64,000 nucleotides of DNA from positions 434,001 to 498,000 of IMG/VR virus record IMGVR_UViG_3300035182_002586. One strand, written 5' to 3'. The notes under the pieces were generated by a model. That model did no database searches, was not told where the DNA came from, and saw only the letters and a program-made list of their open reading frames with translations. Position numbers and translations under genes: made by a program. Below, one piece after another: positions 41,338 through 50,106 of the stretch. Numbering within the stretch: position 1 is the first letter of the stretch; each line of letters begins with the position of its first letter.

Positions 41338-41858
41338 CGACTCAGAGCTACAAGCGATGCGGCAAATGTGGGGCTCAGTACATCTACACGGGGAGCGGAC
41401 ACGGCTGTCTGAAGCCCCTGAACAACTCGACCTGGTGCCCCGACTGCACGAGAGTCGTCAACGCGGCCCTCGCGAACATCCCGAGGAAGTTCGAGGGGCG
41501 TTGGACCCCCATCGCCGAAGTGCCACACCTCGCGGGCGTCACCCCGGAGCACATTCGGGCCTGGGAGGAAGCGGCGCACCGTGAAGCTGAAGAGAGGCAG
41601 GCCGCAGGGCAGATCGTGGCCCGTCGCGTCTTCTCGCCCCTCTTCAACCTCCAGACCGGCGACTCTCAGAACGTGCGAGAGGTCCGTGGCCGCGACGAGT
41701 TCCAAGGGCACACGTTCAAGGTCGCCTCTTGGCGTCAAGCGGGAGGAATCGAGATCGAGGTCAACATGGAGTACGACCTCCAGAACAACCGCTACACCGG
41801 ACACGAATGGCCCCGCGCGGTCCCAAAGCGCGGATCGGTGTACCCCCGAGAGAGCTGA
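41334..41858 (+). CDS. zinc-ribbon hypothetical protein
   Basis: CGKCG...WCPDC. Confidence 0.75.
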   Translation: MTTQSYKRCGKCGAQYIYTGSGHGCLKPLNNSTWCPDCTRVVNAALANIPRKFEGRWTPIAEVPHLAGVTPEHIRAWEEAAHREAEERQAAGQIVARRVFSPLFNLQTGDSQNVREVRGRDEFQGHTFKVASWRQAGGIEIEVNMEYDLQNNRYTGHEWPRAVPKRGSVYPRES

Positions 41859-41859
41859 C

Positions 41860-42111
41860 ATGAAACTCGACATCCCGATCGTCGTCATCCACCGACCGAC
41901 CCCGGAGTATTCCAACATCCCGGGCCCCCGTCTCGACTGGACTGCTCGAAGCCTACTGCCCCTTCCGAGCTTCATGATGGGCGACCCCTTCTGGCAACCG
42001 GCAGCCGCAGGGGAGACTCGCGAAGAAGCCGTCAAGCACCTCAGGACCACGATCGAACGATGGTCCAAGGAACACCGGGCCGAGCTGGCAACCTTCACGG
42101 TGGAGACATGA
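41860..42111 (+). CDS. hypothetical protein
   Basis: AAGETREEAV C-terminal motif; GGTGTAC at 41837. Confidence 0.65.
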   Translation: MKLDIPIVVIHRPTPEYSNIPGPRLDWTARSLLPLPSFMMGDPFWQPAAAGETREEAVKHLRTTIERWSKEHRAELATFTVET

Positions 42112-42482
42112 TCGTCAACGTCTCCGCCGGCTCCGTCGAGGGTGAGGTCGTCCCCTTCCCGATGACGAAAGAACAACGGCATGTCGCCTGTGAGAAGCTG
42201 GCCGGAGGCCCTTCCCGTCAAACGGCGGAGTACGACGGAGTGCAGCTCTTCCGGGCTAACAAGCCTGTCCTGACCCTCGACGGACTGCCAGTCCTACCCG
42301 AACCCAAGACTCGCAAGTGTCACGCCTGTGGTTCAACCGTGCCGTCCAAACGAGCCCCGAAGGTGAAGGCCCGTCGCGCACGCAAGCAGAAGTGGTGGCT
42401 CTACTACGGACCCAACCGCCTCTCGGGCGGCTTCCCGACGAAGCAAGAGGCGATGAACTGGTACCTCAAGGGCGGGAGGTAG
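42108..42482 (+). CDS. hypothetical protein
   Basis: ATGA overlap. Confidence 0.65.
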   Translation: MIVNVSAGSVEGEVVPFPMTKEQRHVACEKLAGGPSRQTAEYDGVQLFRANKPVLTLDGLPVLPEPKTRKCHACGSTVPSKRAPKVKARRARKQKWWLYYGPNRLSGGFPTKQEAMNWYLKGGR

Positions 42483-42484
42483 CC

Positions 42485-42742
42485 GTGATCACCCAAGGAA
42501 ATTACAGACATTTCAAAGGGTCGCTCTACAGAGTCGTCATCATCGGCAAGGACTCTGAGACCCAAGAACCGACGGTCGTGTACCACAAGTACCCTTACCC
42601 CGAGCGACGCGACGAGCGTGGGCTCGTGATGTCCTTCCTCAAGTCACCCGACTGGTGGATCCGGCCCGCCCGGATGTTCGAGGAAGAAGTCGTCTGGCCT
42701 GACGGGATCAAGCGGCCCCGCTTCGTTCGCGAGGGGGACTAG
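42485..42742 (+). CDS. DUF1653 domain protein
   Basis: G.YRHFKG..YRV....DSET.E..VVY, WIRP..MF...V...RF. Confidence 0.85.
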   Translation: MITQGNYRHFKGSLYRVVIIGKDSETQEPTVVYHKYPYPERRDERGLVMSFLKSPDWWIRPARMFEEEVVWPDGIKRPRFVREGD

Positions 42743-43113
42743 TGCGCCACATGTGGGGTGATACCGAGCTGTGGGGTCGCAAGGCGCTCGCCTGCGAAGC
42801 CTGTGGGCTCCACATCGTAGATGCGGACCTCGGAGTCGCCTGGAAGTCGGAGGGTATGCTGCACCTTCTTGCTGAGGGCCCCATCCCCGAGGGTGTGCAG
42901 CTCGTCCGTTGGCAGGTGAGTAACGTCCTGAACTACGGCTTCAAGGACCGTACGCGCGAAGAGATCATCGCCTACGCCGAAGACGAGTTCAACCGCGAGT
43001 GCTCCGGGGACAAGTCCGCCAGGTGGGAGCCCTACGAGCGCATCGTGATCCCCGTGACCGGGCCCACCCGACGCAAGAAGGCAGCGTTCAAGGGACGGGC
43101 TACGAAGCGCTGA
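42742..43113 (+). CDS. hypothetical protein
   Basis: TAGTG coupling; CEACG. Confidence 0.65.
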   Translation: MRHMWGDTELWGRKALACEACGLHIVDADLGVAWKSEGMLHLLAEGPIPEGVQLVRWQVSNVLNYGFKDRTREEIIAYAEDEFNRECSGDKSARWEPYERIVIPVTGPTRRKKAAFKGRATKR

Positions 43114-43114
43114 C

Positions 43115-43121
43115 GGTGTAG
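43115..43121 (+). promoter_or_regulatory. class B element GGTGTAG
   Basis: 9 nt to ATG 43131. Confidence 0.6.
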
Positions 43122-43130
43122 ATCGTGGGC

Positions 43131-43817
43131 ATGGACCCGCGAGACATCCGAGCCTGGCTCCGAGACCCCGAGACCAACGGGGGCGACCTCTGGCTCAAAG
43201 CCAACGGAGAGGAAGCGATCCGTCTCCTGCTTGGGCGTCTCGACGCCTTCGAGGATCGAGACGAGACGATCGCGCGCGACTCGGCGGAGCGGAGGGCACG
43301 CATGGACGCCTTCATCGCGAAGCTCGAAGAGAACGCGCCGCCCCCTCCGACCCCGGAGGAGATGGAGAAGACTGCGGAGAGCTTCGCCGAAATGTTCAAG
43401 CCGTGCGAGCACTGCGGCAAGTCCGGCATGTCCTGCATCGAGGACGAAAGCTGCCACTGCTGCTACGGCTGCATCCGCCTGCGGGACATCCTGCACGCCG
43501 TCCTGACCAACCCGAAGAGCGAGACCCTCGCGGCTGCGCGGGCAGCCTACGAGGAGAGTGACCCCCGCCAGTGGATCGGGTCCGAGATCGCCTACCGGCT
43601 CAAGGACCTTGGCGTGGAGGTGGTCCGGAGCCCGTTCCCCGACTTCATCCAGGGCAGCAAGGGGGACAAGACCTTCGCGGCGCGAGCGGACGGGATCAAG
43701 GTCTTCTACTGGATCAACCACGGGGAGGAGAAGCAGGCGGAGTACCTGGTCGACCTGATCGACACTCTCGTGGCCGAATTCCAAACCCCTCTGGATGGAT
43801 CGGCCCCGCCCCCCTGA
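43131..43817 (+). CDS. hypothetical protein with Cys cluster
   Basis: CEHC..SC..SCHCCYGC. Confidence 0.75.
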   Translation: MDPRDIRAWLRDPETNGGDLWLKANGEEAIRLLLGRLDAFEDRDETIARDSAERRARMDAFIAKLEENAPPPPTPEEMEKTAESFAEMFKPCEHCGKSGMSCIEDESCHCCYGCIRLRDILHAVLTNPKSETLAAARAAYEESDPRQWIGSEIAYRLKDLGVEVVRSPFPDFIQGSKGDKTFAARADGIKVFYWINHGEEKQAEYLVDLIDTLVAEFQTPLDGSAPPP

Positions 43818-43822
43818 GGTAG
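43794..43822 (+). promoter_or_regulatory. class A promoter (N17)
   Basis: 7 nt to ATG 43830. Confidence 0.8.
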
Positions 43823-43829
43823 TAGGGGC

Positions 43830-44078
43830 ATGAGCAGCACGCCCCTCCCCGAAGTCGGCCAGAAGATCGCCTACTGCATCGGCAGCGATCGCTACGCGGT
43901 CACGATCAAGGACGTTCAGCGCGGGGGCCAGACGGTCATCGTCGAGCTGCGTCAGGGCCGCAACGTCCACGAGTACGAGTGCACCAAGGGCCGCGACGGC
44001 GTGTACCGGGAGAAGGGTCACCGTATCGGGATGCTCGACTTCACGCGCAGCGACGGCCACCTGTCGCGGGAGTTCTGA
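43830..44078 (+). CDS. conserved-looking phage protein
   Basis: PEVG....GSDRYAVTI..V ...YLSREF-like end. Confidence 0.75.
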   Translation: MSSTPLPEVGQKIAYCIGSDRYAVTIKDVQRGGQTVIVELRQGRNVHEYECTKGRDGVYREKGHRIGMLDFTRSDGHLSREF

Positions 44079-44079
44079 G

Positions 44080-44295
44080 ATGGGGGCCAAGCGCGAGAAG
44101 CTGAAAGAAGACCTGCGGGAGGCCATCCGCCTCATCCGCATGTTCGTCGACGGGGAGTACTGCACCTTCCACTACGACCGCAAGGACGGCGAGACGTGCA
44201 AGGAAGCACAGTCGCGTAAGCAGGGTGTCCCCATGCCCGGGTGCGACCAATGCCAGGCCCGCGACTTCCTCAAGAAAATGAAGGACTTCCGATGA
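44080..44295 (+). CDS. Cys-containing hypothetical protein
   Basis: 71 aa; CDQC. Confidence 0.65.
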   Translation: MGAKREKLKEDLREAIRLIRMFVDGEYCTFHYDRKDGETCKEAQSRKQGVPMPGCDQCQARDFLKKMKDFR

Positions 44296-44612
44296 AGACG
44301 ACGATCACCGAGTGGTACGCGCGGGGTGGTGGCATCGCGAAGTCTGGCCCCCACGCGTCGCAGGCGATGGCTGCGGCCGCGATCATGGGCGTCAACGGCT
44401 TCCCCGTGGAAGACGCCTTCATCTGGCCCGTCGAGGTCGAGCGCGAGGTGCTGAGCACCTCCGACGAGTACGTCGTGTGGGCCGCCCTCTCCGCCATGGT
44501 CGACGACGTGCACTGCGCGCAGGACCAGCTCACCGAAGAGCAGTGGGCGCACGCCAGCAACCTCTTCCAGCGCCTCACCAAGAAGCTGAACGCCAAGTCG
44601 GAGTCGAAGTAG
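44292..44612 (+). CDS. hypothetical protein
   Basis: ATGA overlap. Confidence 0.7.
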   Translation: MKTTITEWYARGGGIAKSGPHASQAMAAAAIMGVNGFPVEDAFIWPVEVEREVLSTSDEYVVWAALSAMVDDVHCAQDQLTEEQWAHASNLFQRLTKKLNAKSESK

Positions 44613-44613
44613 C

Positions 44614-45435
44614 ATGTTCCACACCCTCGCCGCCCACGACGACCTCGAAGCGAAGCGCGAAGCCCTCGCGGCGAAGCTGCTGCGTCCGGTCTACATCGTC
44701 AGCGCGACCTGCAAGAGCAACGGGACGCACTTCAAGCGCCCGCGCAGCATGAAGTACGCTCCGATGGGCGCCCTGGAGCTATACCTCTCGACGCTCACCG
44801 ACGACAACCGCTGCGTCAAGCGCGTGAAGGTCAACGACGACTCGGCCAACGACCACTACTACTTTGACCTCCGCGAAGCGGACTTCCTCCACGTCGTCTA
44901 CCCGATGACGGACCAAGAGAGCACGCTGCCGGGGATTCGCGACGCGTTCAAGTCCGTGGACCTGACGAGTGGCCTCAGCCCGTGCGAGAACGTCTACCCC
45001 TCGTCGGGCGAGCCGATCCCGCCGGAGCTGGAGAAGTATCTCCGCTCGAAGAAGGTCCGCAGCGGGGTGACGCGCATGGGAATTCTCTTCGCGCGCAGCG
45101 AGGCGATCGCCACCCCGAACAAGCTCCACGAGCGCTGGCACCGGGGTCTGAGGGTCGAGGGGAAGTACGCCCCGCCGTTCGTGACCCTCCAGGCGCCGGG
45201 CTGGTACCACGGCAAGCCGATCACCACGGTCGAGAACATCAACCGCTTCGGCCTCCTCGACACCGACCCGGGCCCCTGCACCGTCTGCCACGGAAAGAGC
45301 GGAGATCGCCGTCACATCGCCCCGGTGCAGTCGGCGGGCCCGGACGCCTACCTCGCGGGTCACCTGTGTCGCACCTGCGCGAAGGACGCCTTCGCGCAGT
45401 GGGCCAACCTACTCGACGACGCTACGCCGATCTAG
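44614..45435 (+). CDS. hypothetical protein with C-terminal zinc finger
   Basis: 273 aa; CTVC...CRTC. Confidence 0.8.
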   Translation: MFHTLAAHDDLEAKREALAAKLLRPVYIVSATCKSNGTHFKRPRSMKYAPMGALELYLSTLTDDNRCVKRVKVNDDSANDHYYFDLREADFLHVVYPMTDQESTLPGIRDAFKSVDLTSGLSPCENVYPSSGEPIPPELEKYLRSKKVRSGVTRMGILFARSEAIATPNKLHERWHRGLRVEGKYAPPFVTLQAPGWYHGKPITTVENINRFGLLDTDPGPCTVCHGKSGDRRHIAPVQSAGPDAYLAGHLCRTCAKDAFAQWANLLDDATPI

Positions 45436-45436
45436 G

Positions 45437-45790
45437 GTGTCGTTCGAGGATACCCTCACGGACGACAACCCACTGGCCGACGAGACCATCAGCGAGGGTG
45501 AGCTGGAGGTCTACCTGTCCGTGTTCCTCGGCGATCTGTTGACCAAGCTGGACCCCCGCGAGCGAAACGTCGTCGACCGTAGGTTCACGGACAACCCCGA
45601 AACACTCGAAGAGATCGCCAACAGCTTCGGCCTGTCGCGGGAGCGCGTCCGTCAGATCGAGGAGCGCTGCCTGAACAAGATCAGGGACGCCATGGCGAAA
45701 GGCGGCCACTTGGGCGTCCCGGGGACCTGGCGCATCGGCCTCGACGACTGGCCCGTGGTCATGGACAAGATGACACTGGTGGGGGAGTGA
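45437..45790 (+). CDS. stand-alone sigma70 region 3.2-4 (HTH) protein
   Basis: LDPRERNVVDRRF...TLEEIANSFGLSRERVRQIE..CL.KIR. Confidence 0.85.
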   Translation: MSFEDTLTDDNPLADETISEGELEVYLSVFLGDLLTKLDPRERNVVDRRFTDNPETLEEIANSFGLSRERVRQIEERCLNKIRDAMAKGGHLGVPGTWRIGLDDWPVVMDKMTLVGE

Positions 45791-45816
45791 TGGATCGAGC
45801 CATCACCGCCTTGTAG
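45789..45816 (+). promoter_or_regulatory. class A promoter (N16)
   Basis: 7 nt to ATG 45824; overlaps upstream TGA. Confidence 0.8.
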
Positions 45817-45823
45817 TAGACTC

Positions 45824-46123
45824 ATGACGAAGAAATACGTTGGATACTTCGCGCACCTCTCCGACCTGCCGGTCAAGCGCGGTCAGACGGTGACGATCCC
45901 CAAGGGGACTGTGATCCACACGACCGGACCCACGAAGAAGCGGATCGCGAAGCGCACCTACAAGATCAAGGTGCACAGCGTCGGCTGTGGCCAGAACCAC
46001 CCCGAAGGTCACCCCGACCACATCGGTGGCTACTCCGTGCGCAACCCCGACGTCACGTGGGTCGGCGAGGGCGGCTACTGGTTCTCGGTGGACATCAACG
46101 ACGTCCCCGAGGCGAACGCCTGA
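45824..46123 (+). CDS. hypothetical protein
   Basis: W.G.GGYW motif; behind class A. Confidence 0.75.
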   Translation: MTKKYVGYFAHLSDLPVKRGQTVTIPKGTVIHTTGPTKKRIAKRTYKIKVHSVGCGQNHPEGHPDHIGGYSVRNPDVTWVGEGGYWFSVDINDVPEANA

Positions 46124-46131
46124 CGATTCCG

Positions 46132-46160
46132 GATGGATCGGACTCTCCCTCGCGAGGTAG
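46132..46160 (+). promoter_or_regulatory. class A promoter (N17)
   Basis: 7 nt to ATG 46168. Confidence 0.8.
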
Positions 46161-46167
46161 TAGGGTC

Positions 46168-46524
46168 ATGAGCCGCCAATACGTCCTCGAAATCCGCCGC
46201 ACGGTGTGGGTCCTTTGGGGCTACGGTCCGAGCGGCGTCGTCGAGCATGTGGAGCCCGCCTGTACCCTCATCGACGTCGGCGTCGGCGAGCCCCTGGACT
46301 TCCCCTTCGAGCTTCCCGAGACCACCGGTACGCTCCCGGCCCCGGTCGAGTACGAGCGCCGTGAGGGCCTGGCCTGGCGGTTCACGAACCGCGCGGGCAA
46401 CGACACCGGCTGGAAGCTCGTCGAGAGCGATGAAGCCGCCCTGACGGCCGCACAGGCGAAGATCGACCAGATGCCTGTCCACGCCCGCACCCACTTCCAG
46501 AACGCCCCCGTCGTTCACTCGTGA
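46168..46524 (+). CDS. hypothetical protein
   Basis: behind class A motif. Confidence 0.75.
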   Translation: MSRQYVLEIRRTVWVLWGYGPSGVVEHVEPACTLIDVGVGEPLDFPFELPETTGTLPAPVEYERREGLAWRFTNRAGNDTGWKLVESDEAALTAAQAKIDQMPVHARTHFQNAPVVHS

Positions 46525-46531
46525 GGATCCC

Positions 46532-46942
46532 ATGGCACGGAAAGCCCCCGAACAGTCCTTCGCTGCTGCCGCCGCTCCGCCGGCCACGCCACCCGCCCCA
46601 ACCCTGATGGACAAGCTCCGCGCCAAGGAAGCGGAGTTCAACGCTGCCCGGCAGCGCGCCGTCGAGGCTGCCAAGGTGGAAGAGGCTGCCAAGCGCGAGC
46701 TGGCGACCCTCCAGGCAGAGCAGAAGCGTCAGCGCAACATGGCGTTCGCGAAGATGCTGGAGAAGGACGACGACCTGATCGACGTTCTGGCTCCCGAGCA
46801 CTCGCGTACCTCGTGTTCGGACACCGAGTTCGACAACTACTCGCGCGGCTGCACCCGGTGCGCCCTGCTGCACCTGCATACGCTTTCGGACTACGACGAC
46901 TTCGAGTTCGAGTTCACCGCCAAGGTCCCGAGGGACTACTGA
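46532..46942 (+). CDS. coiled-coil protein with C-terminal Cys motif
   Basis: H.RTSCSD...CTRCALL. Confidence 0.75.
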   Translation: MARKAPEQSFAAAAAPPATPPAPTLMDKLRAKEAEFNAARQRAVEAAKVEEAAKRELATLQAEQKRQRNMAFAKMLEKDDDLIDVLAPEHSRTSCSDTEFDNYSRGCTRCALLHLHTLSDYDDFEFEFTAKVPRDY

Positions 46943-46944
46943 CC

Positions 46945-47151
46945 ATGACCCTCCTCGAAGAACTTGAAGAGATCCGCAAGAGGCTCCGCGCCATCGAGCC
47001 CAAGGACTGCTGCAAGAAGCAGCCGATGGTGGCGGCGGGCAAGACCGAGATGCTCTGTGGGCCCGACTGCTCCTGGATGCAGCTCGAAACCGCGCTGATG
47101 TACGTCATCCTCGACGCTGAGCAGAGAGAGAAGCAGTCGCGCGGTGTATGA
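46945..47151 (+). CDS. hypothetical protein
   Basis: 68 aa. Confidence 0.6.
   Translation: MTLLEELEEIRKRLRAIEPKDCCKKQPMVAAGKTEMLCGPDCSWMQLETALMYVILDAEQREKQSRGV
47143..47149 (+). promoter_or_regulatory. class B element GGTGTAT
   Basis: 9 nt to GTG 47159. Confidence 0.5.
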
Positions 47152-47158
47152 ACGAGGG

Positions 47159-47287
47159 GTGCCGTACCCTCCCCGCAAGTGGATCGAGAAGTGGTCCTAC
47201 GATCACCCGTGGCAGGCGGCCGTCCTGTTGGTCGTCTGGCTCGGGATCGTCGCCACCTTCCTCTGGATGCTGATCACCGGACCCTGA
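47159..47287 (+). CDS. small membrane peptide (42 aa)
   Basis: HPWQAAVLLVVWLGIVATFLWMLI helix; not in ORF track. Confidence 0.55.
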   Translation: MPYPPRKWIEKWSYDHPWQAAVLLVVWLGIVATFLWMLITGP

Positions 47288-47295
47288 GGTCCCCC

Positions 47296-47583
47296 ATGTT
47301 CGAGATGCGAAAAGTCCGCGAGCGGGTGATGGCGAAGGCTCGGGTTCTCCGGGAGCCTGGCGAGGACTTCCTGCACGAGCAGTACTCCACCGAGGTCTAC
47401 CGAGAGCTGGAAGAGGTGCACAAGAAGGTGACCGTGGCGGGCGAAGCCCTGCGCTCGACCCTTCGGTCCATCGTCACCGCCAACATCCCCGGGAAGGGGG
47501 TCACCGTCGTCGATGCGGAACGCGTCAACGAGGCCCTGCGCGGCGTCGAAGCCCTCCTGGCCGAGGTCCGGGGGCTCCGATGA
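47296..47583 (+). CDS. hypothetical coiled-coil protein
   Basis: GAGGT SD. Confidence 0.65.
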   Translation: MFEMRKVRERVMAKARVLREPGEDFLHEQYSTEVYRELEEVHKKVTVAGEALRSTLRSIVTANIPGKGVTVVDAERVNEALRGVEALLAEVRGLR

Positions 47584-47735
47584 GGGTCCGCCTCTACGTC
47601 CGGCTGTACAGCATGTGGTGGCACACGGCGCCATCGAACCCACGCGCCGACAACCTGTGCCTCTGCATGAACAACCGGTGGTCCCGGATGACCCCCGAGG
47701 AGCGAGCCCTCGCTCGGTCGCTGGAGACCCGATGA
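47580..47735 (+). CDS. small hypothetical protein (51 aa)
   Basis: ATGA overlaps at both ends; not in ORF track. Confidence 0.55.
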   Translation: MRVRLYVRLYSMWWHTAPSNPRADNLCLCMNNRWSRMTPEERALARSLETR

Positions 47736-47962
47736 ACAGCGGCAAACACCCCGACGACTGTGGATGCTCGACCGGCATCCACGAGGGGATCACCTTCGGG
47801 CGGGGTCGCCTCGACTTCAACGGGTTCTGGGAGTTCCCCTGCCGCCCCTGCGCCGTCGCGTGGGACAAGGCCCACCCGGACGACTCCCACGGGCCAGCAT
47901 GGCCCTACGACGACGGCCCCTACGAGCCGGTCGACGAAGCTCGATTCCCGTTCTCGCGCTGA
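47732..47962 (+). CDS. Cys/His-containing hypothetical protein
   Basis: CGCSTGIH...PCRPC. Confidence 0.65.
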   Translation: MNSGKHPDDCGCSTGIHEGITFGRGRLDFNGFWEFPCRPCAVAWDKAHPDDSHGPAWPYDDGPYEPVDEARFPFSR

Positions 47963-47970
47963 GGAGCCTC

Positions 47971-48363
47971 ATGACCCCGTACCCGAAGGCCGACATATCG
48001 TTCGACGAACTCCCCATCACGCGCACGCACCTGCGCATGAAGCTGACGTGGGGGCTACCGGTCACGCCGACAACGACGTGCCAGGAGATCATCGCGCAGC
48101 ACGCTGCCGCGTTCACGCACGCGGATACAATCGCGGACGGCTACGGCAACGCCATCATCAGGTCGCAGAAGGAACGGTGCCCCGACGTGACCAGCTCGTT
48201 CCGCGAGGAGAGCGCGAGCGTCTCGATGCAGGCAACCAATGGAGAGCTTCTCTTCACCGCGACCGTGATCCTCAAGTTCGAGGAGCGTGTGACGATGAAG
48301 GACCGTGTTCCCGCGCGGGACTACCTGAAAACGGTCGCCAGCCGCATTATCGAGAGCATGTGA
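47971..48363 (+). CDS. hypothetical protein
   Basis: GAGGAG SD. Confidence 0.65.
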   Translation: MTPYPKADISFDELPITRTHLRMKLTWGLPVTPTTTCQEIIAQHAAAFTHADTIADGYGNAIIRSQKERCPDVTSSFREESASVSMQATNGELLFTATVILKFEERVTMKDRVPARDYLKTVASRIIESM

Positions 48364-48372
48364 GGGTCGGGT

Positions 48373-48400
48373 GATGGATCGGGGCCGGGTCGCGTTGTAC
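48373..48400 (+). promoter_or_regulatory. class A promoter GATGGATC-N16-GTAC
   Basis: 7 nt to ATG 48408. Confidence 0.75.
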
Positions 48401-48407
48401 TAGGACC

Positions 48408-48599
48408 ATGACCCCGACCCTCGTTCCGGTTCCCTCGTGCGGCATGTTCGTGACGCTCGCCGACGACGGCAAGACCATCCTCTGCGCCCCGGAGAACCTC
48501 GACGGCACCCCGGACATGGACTCGCTCTGCGAGATGGACATGATCTCGGCCGAAGACAGCACGATCGCCGCCGCCAAGGCCGCCCTCGGTCTGGTGTGA
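48408..48599 (+). CDS. hypothetical protein
   Basis: behind class A motif. Confidence 0.7.
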   Translation: MTPTLVPVPSCGMFVTLADDGKTILCAPENLDGTPDMDSLCEMDMISAEDSTIAAAKAALGLV

Positions 48600-48601
48600 C
48601 C

Positions 48602-48763
48602 GTGGATCGCATGGACCGTCTCGGGTTCTGCCTCTTCTGCGGGGTCCTCGCGGGTGCACTGGCCGTCGTGCTGCCCCAAATGGCCGCGTTCGCCGTGATC
48701 GCCCTGCTGGTCACCAAGCTCGTGTGGGAAGGGCTCAAAGCCCACGATCAGATCAAGCCGTGA
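48602..48763 (+). CDS. small membrane protein
   Basis: two hydrophobic segments. Confidence 0.55.
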   Translation: MDRMDRLGFCLFCGVLAGALAVVLPQMAAFAVIALLVTKLVWEGLKAHDQIKP

Positions 48764-48769
48764 GGGAAC

Positions 48770-49627
48770 ATGCCCGCCAAGAAGTCTGAACTCAAGCCGT
48801 GGCCCGCTGATGGGTCGTACGTCCCCGCCGAGCAACTCGTCGAGGGCGTCCTCAAGCTCCTCAGGGACACGTACAAGCTCCAGCGCAAGGGCCGGACGGT
48901 CCCTCCCTACGTAGGCTACGGCCTCGGGACGAAGGACCTCGCCGGTCAGCCAAACGTCGACGAGCAGTTCCAACCGGACATGCTCGCCTACCACCGGGCG
49001 CGCGGCCGCGACATCCTGGACATCGCCGCCTACATGCTGCTGAACCTCGGCATCGAGCAAGGGCGACGGCTTGCCGCCGAAGACAGCCGAAGTGACCTCC
49101 GAGATCAAGAGCTGATCGGCTACTGCCGTGGGCTTCTCCAGGGGCTCGACACCTCCGAGTCGAAGAAGGCCAAGCTCCGCGCGGAGACCGCCAGCACCCT
49201 CGACTTCTACAAGACGCGCCGGCCGTCCCTCATGGCCGAAGATCCGACGAAGCTCAAGCCCTTCCCCGCAGGCGATGTGGTCTTGAACGCCAAGGCTCGA
49301 CAGAAGATCAAGGTCATCCGGAAGCTCTGGCAGGACCTCAGCGGCGCCAAGACGGCCGCTCTCCAGGCCGCCAAGGGTGACGACGGAGGCTCCTGCAACT
49401 TCGACGCGTGCGCTCTCAAGGGCGGTGCGGATGTCGGCCGCGCCCTCCGACTGGCGGGCCTCACGAGCCGCTCCGGCTCGGGCCGTCTGTGGCGTGGCTA
49501 CTGGCTGATCGATCCCCCCCCCCCCGTCAACGGCCAAGCCGCCGTTCGCACGCGGCAGGCCGAAGCCATGGAGAAGCACCTCAAGGCGCTCAAGTACGAG
49601 GTCACCGTCTACTACCAGGCGGACTGA
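48770..49627 (+). CDS. two-domain hypothetical protein
   Basis: C-domain DDGGSCNFD...GQ...RT.QAEAM...L....Y.V..YYQ.D. Confidence 0.8.
   Translation: MPAKKSELKPWPADGSYVPAEQLVEGVLKLLRDTYKLQRKGRTVPPYVGYGLGTKDLAGQPNVDEQFQPDMLAYHRARGRDILDIAAYMLLNLGIEQGRRLAAEDSRSDLRDQELIGYCRGLLQGLDTSESKKAKLRAETASTLDFYKTRRPSLMAEDPTKLKPFPAGDVVLNAKARQKIKVIRKLWQDLSGAKTAALQAAKGDDGGSCNFDACALKGGADVGRALRLAGLTSRSGSGRLWRGYWLIDPPPPVNGQAAVRTRQAEAMEKHLKALKYEVTVYYQAD
49514..49525 (+). repeat. poly-C12 tract inside CDS
   Basis: GAT-C12-GTC, in frame (PPPP). Confidence 0.85.
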
Positions 49628-49654
49628 TGGATCGCCGCCACCCTCACACTGTAG
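49626..49654 (+). promoter_or_regulatory. class A promoter (N17)
   Basis: 7 nt to ATG 49662; overlaps upstream TGA. Confidence 0.8.
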
Positions 49655-49661
49655 AGGGAGC

Positions 49662-49898
49662 ATGACCACGACCGACGAGAACCCCGACTTCGTGTGCTTC
49701 GGTGACGTGTGCCGCAAGCGTATCGGCATCCAGTGCCAGTACAGCCGCCACTACCTCCGAGAGCCCGGGATCGGCGAAGGCATCCGCTGGCAGGGCCGGT
49801 TCGAGGATTACCACGGGCTCACGATCCACAAGGACGACGTGGAGCTGTTCGTCGAACGCGCAATCGCGTGGCGCAGGAAGATGGGGATCATCGCATGA
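49662..49898 (+). CDS. hypothetical protein
   Basis: behind class A motif. Confidence 0.75.
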   Translation: MTTTDENPDFVCFGDVCRKRIGIQCQYSRHYLREPGIGEGIRWQGRFEDYHGLTIHKDDVELFVERAIAWRRKMGIIA

Positions 49899-50098
49899 GC
49901 AAGCACTTCGACCACTGCAACGCCAACGGCCTGGTGGACGGGAGGATCCCGGTGGGCAAGCCCTGCCCCTTCCTCGCCAAGTGCCCGATGGCAAGCGAAC
50001 GTTGCCCCGGCTTCGAGGGGCAGCTCAAGCCCGTCGCCTACTCGTGCGCCGCCGCGCGAGGCTTCTCCATCTGCATGGAACCCAAGGATCCGGTGTAA
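49895..50098 (+). CDS. Cys-rich small protein
   Basis: CPF..KC....RCP...YSCAAARGF. Confidence 0.65.
   Translation: MSKHFDHCNANGLVDGRIPVGKPCPFLAKCPMASERCPGFEGQLKPVAYSCAAARGFSICMEPKDPV
50092..50098 (+). promoter_or_regulatory. class B element GGTGTAA doubling as Val-stop
   Basis: 8 nt to ATG 50107. Confidence 0.6.
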
Positions 50099-50106
50099 AA
50101 AGAACC

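Noticed and set aside
7820-45110. GCGATCGC (HIP1) octamers as a cyanobacterial host signal
   Set aside because: Only a handful seen, as expected for Ala/Ile codons in high-GC DNA
43032-49729. Long minus-strand ORFs 43032..44165 and 48347..49729
   Set aside because: Shadows of well-supported plus-strand gene runs
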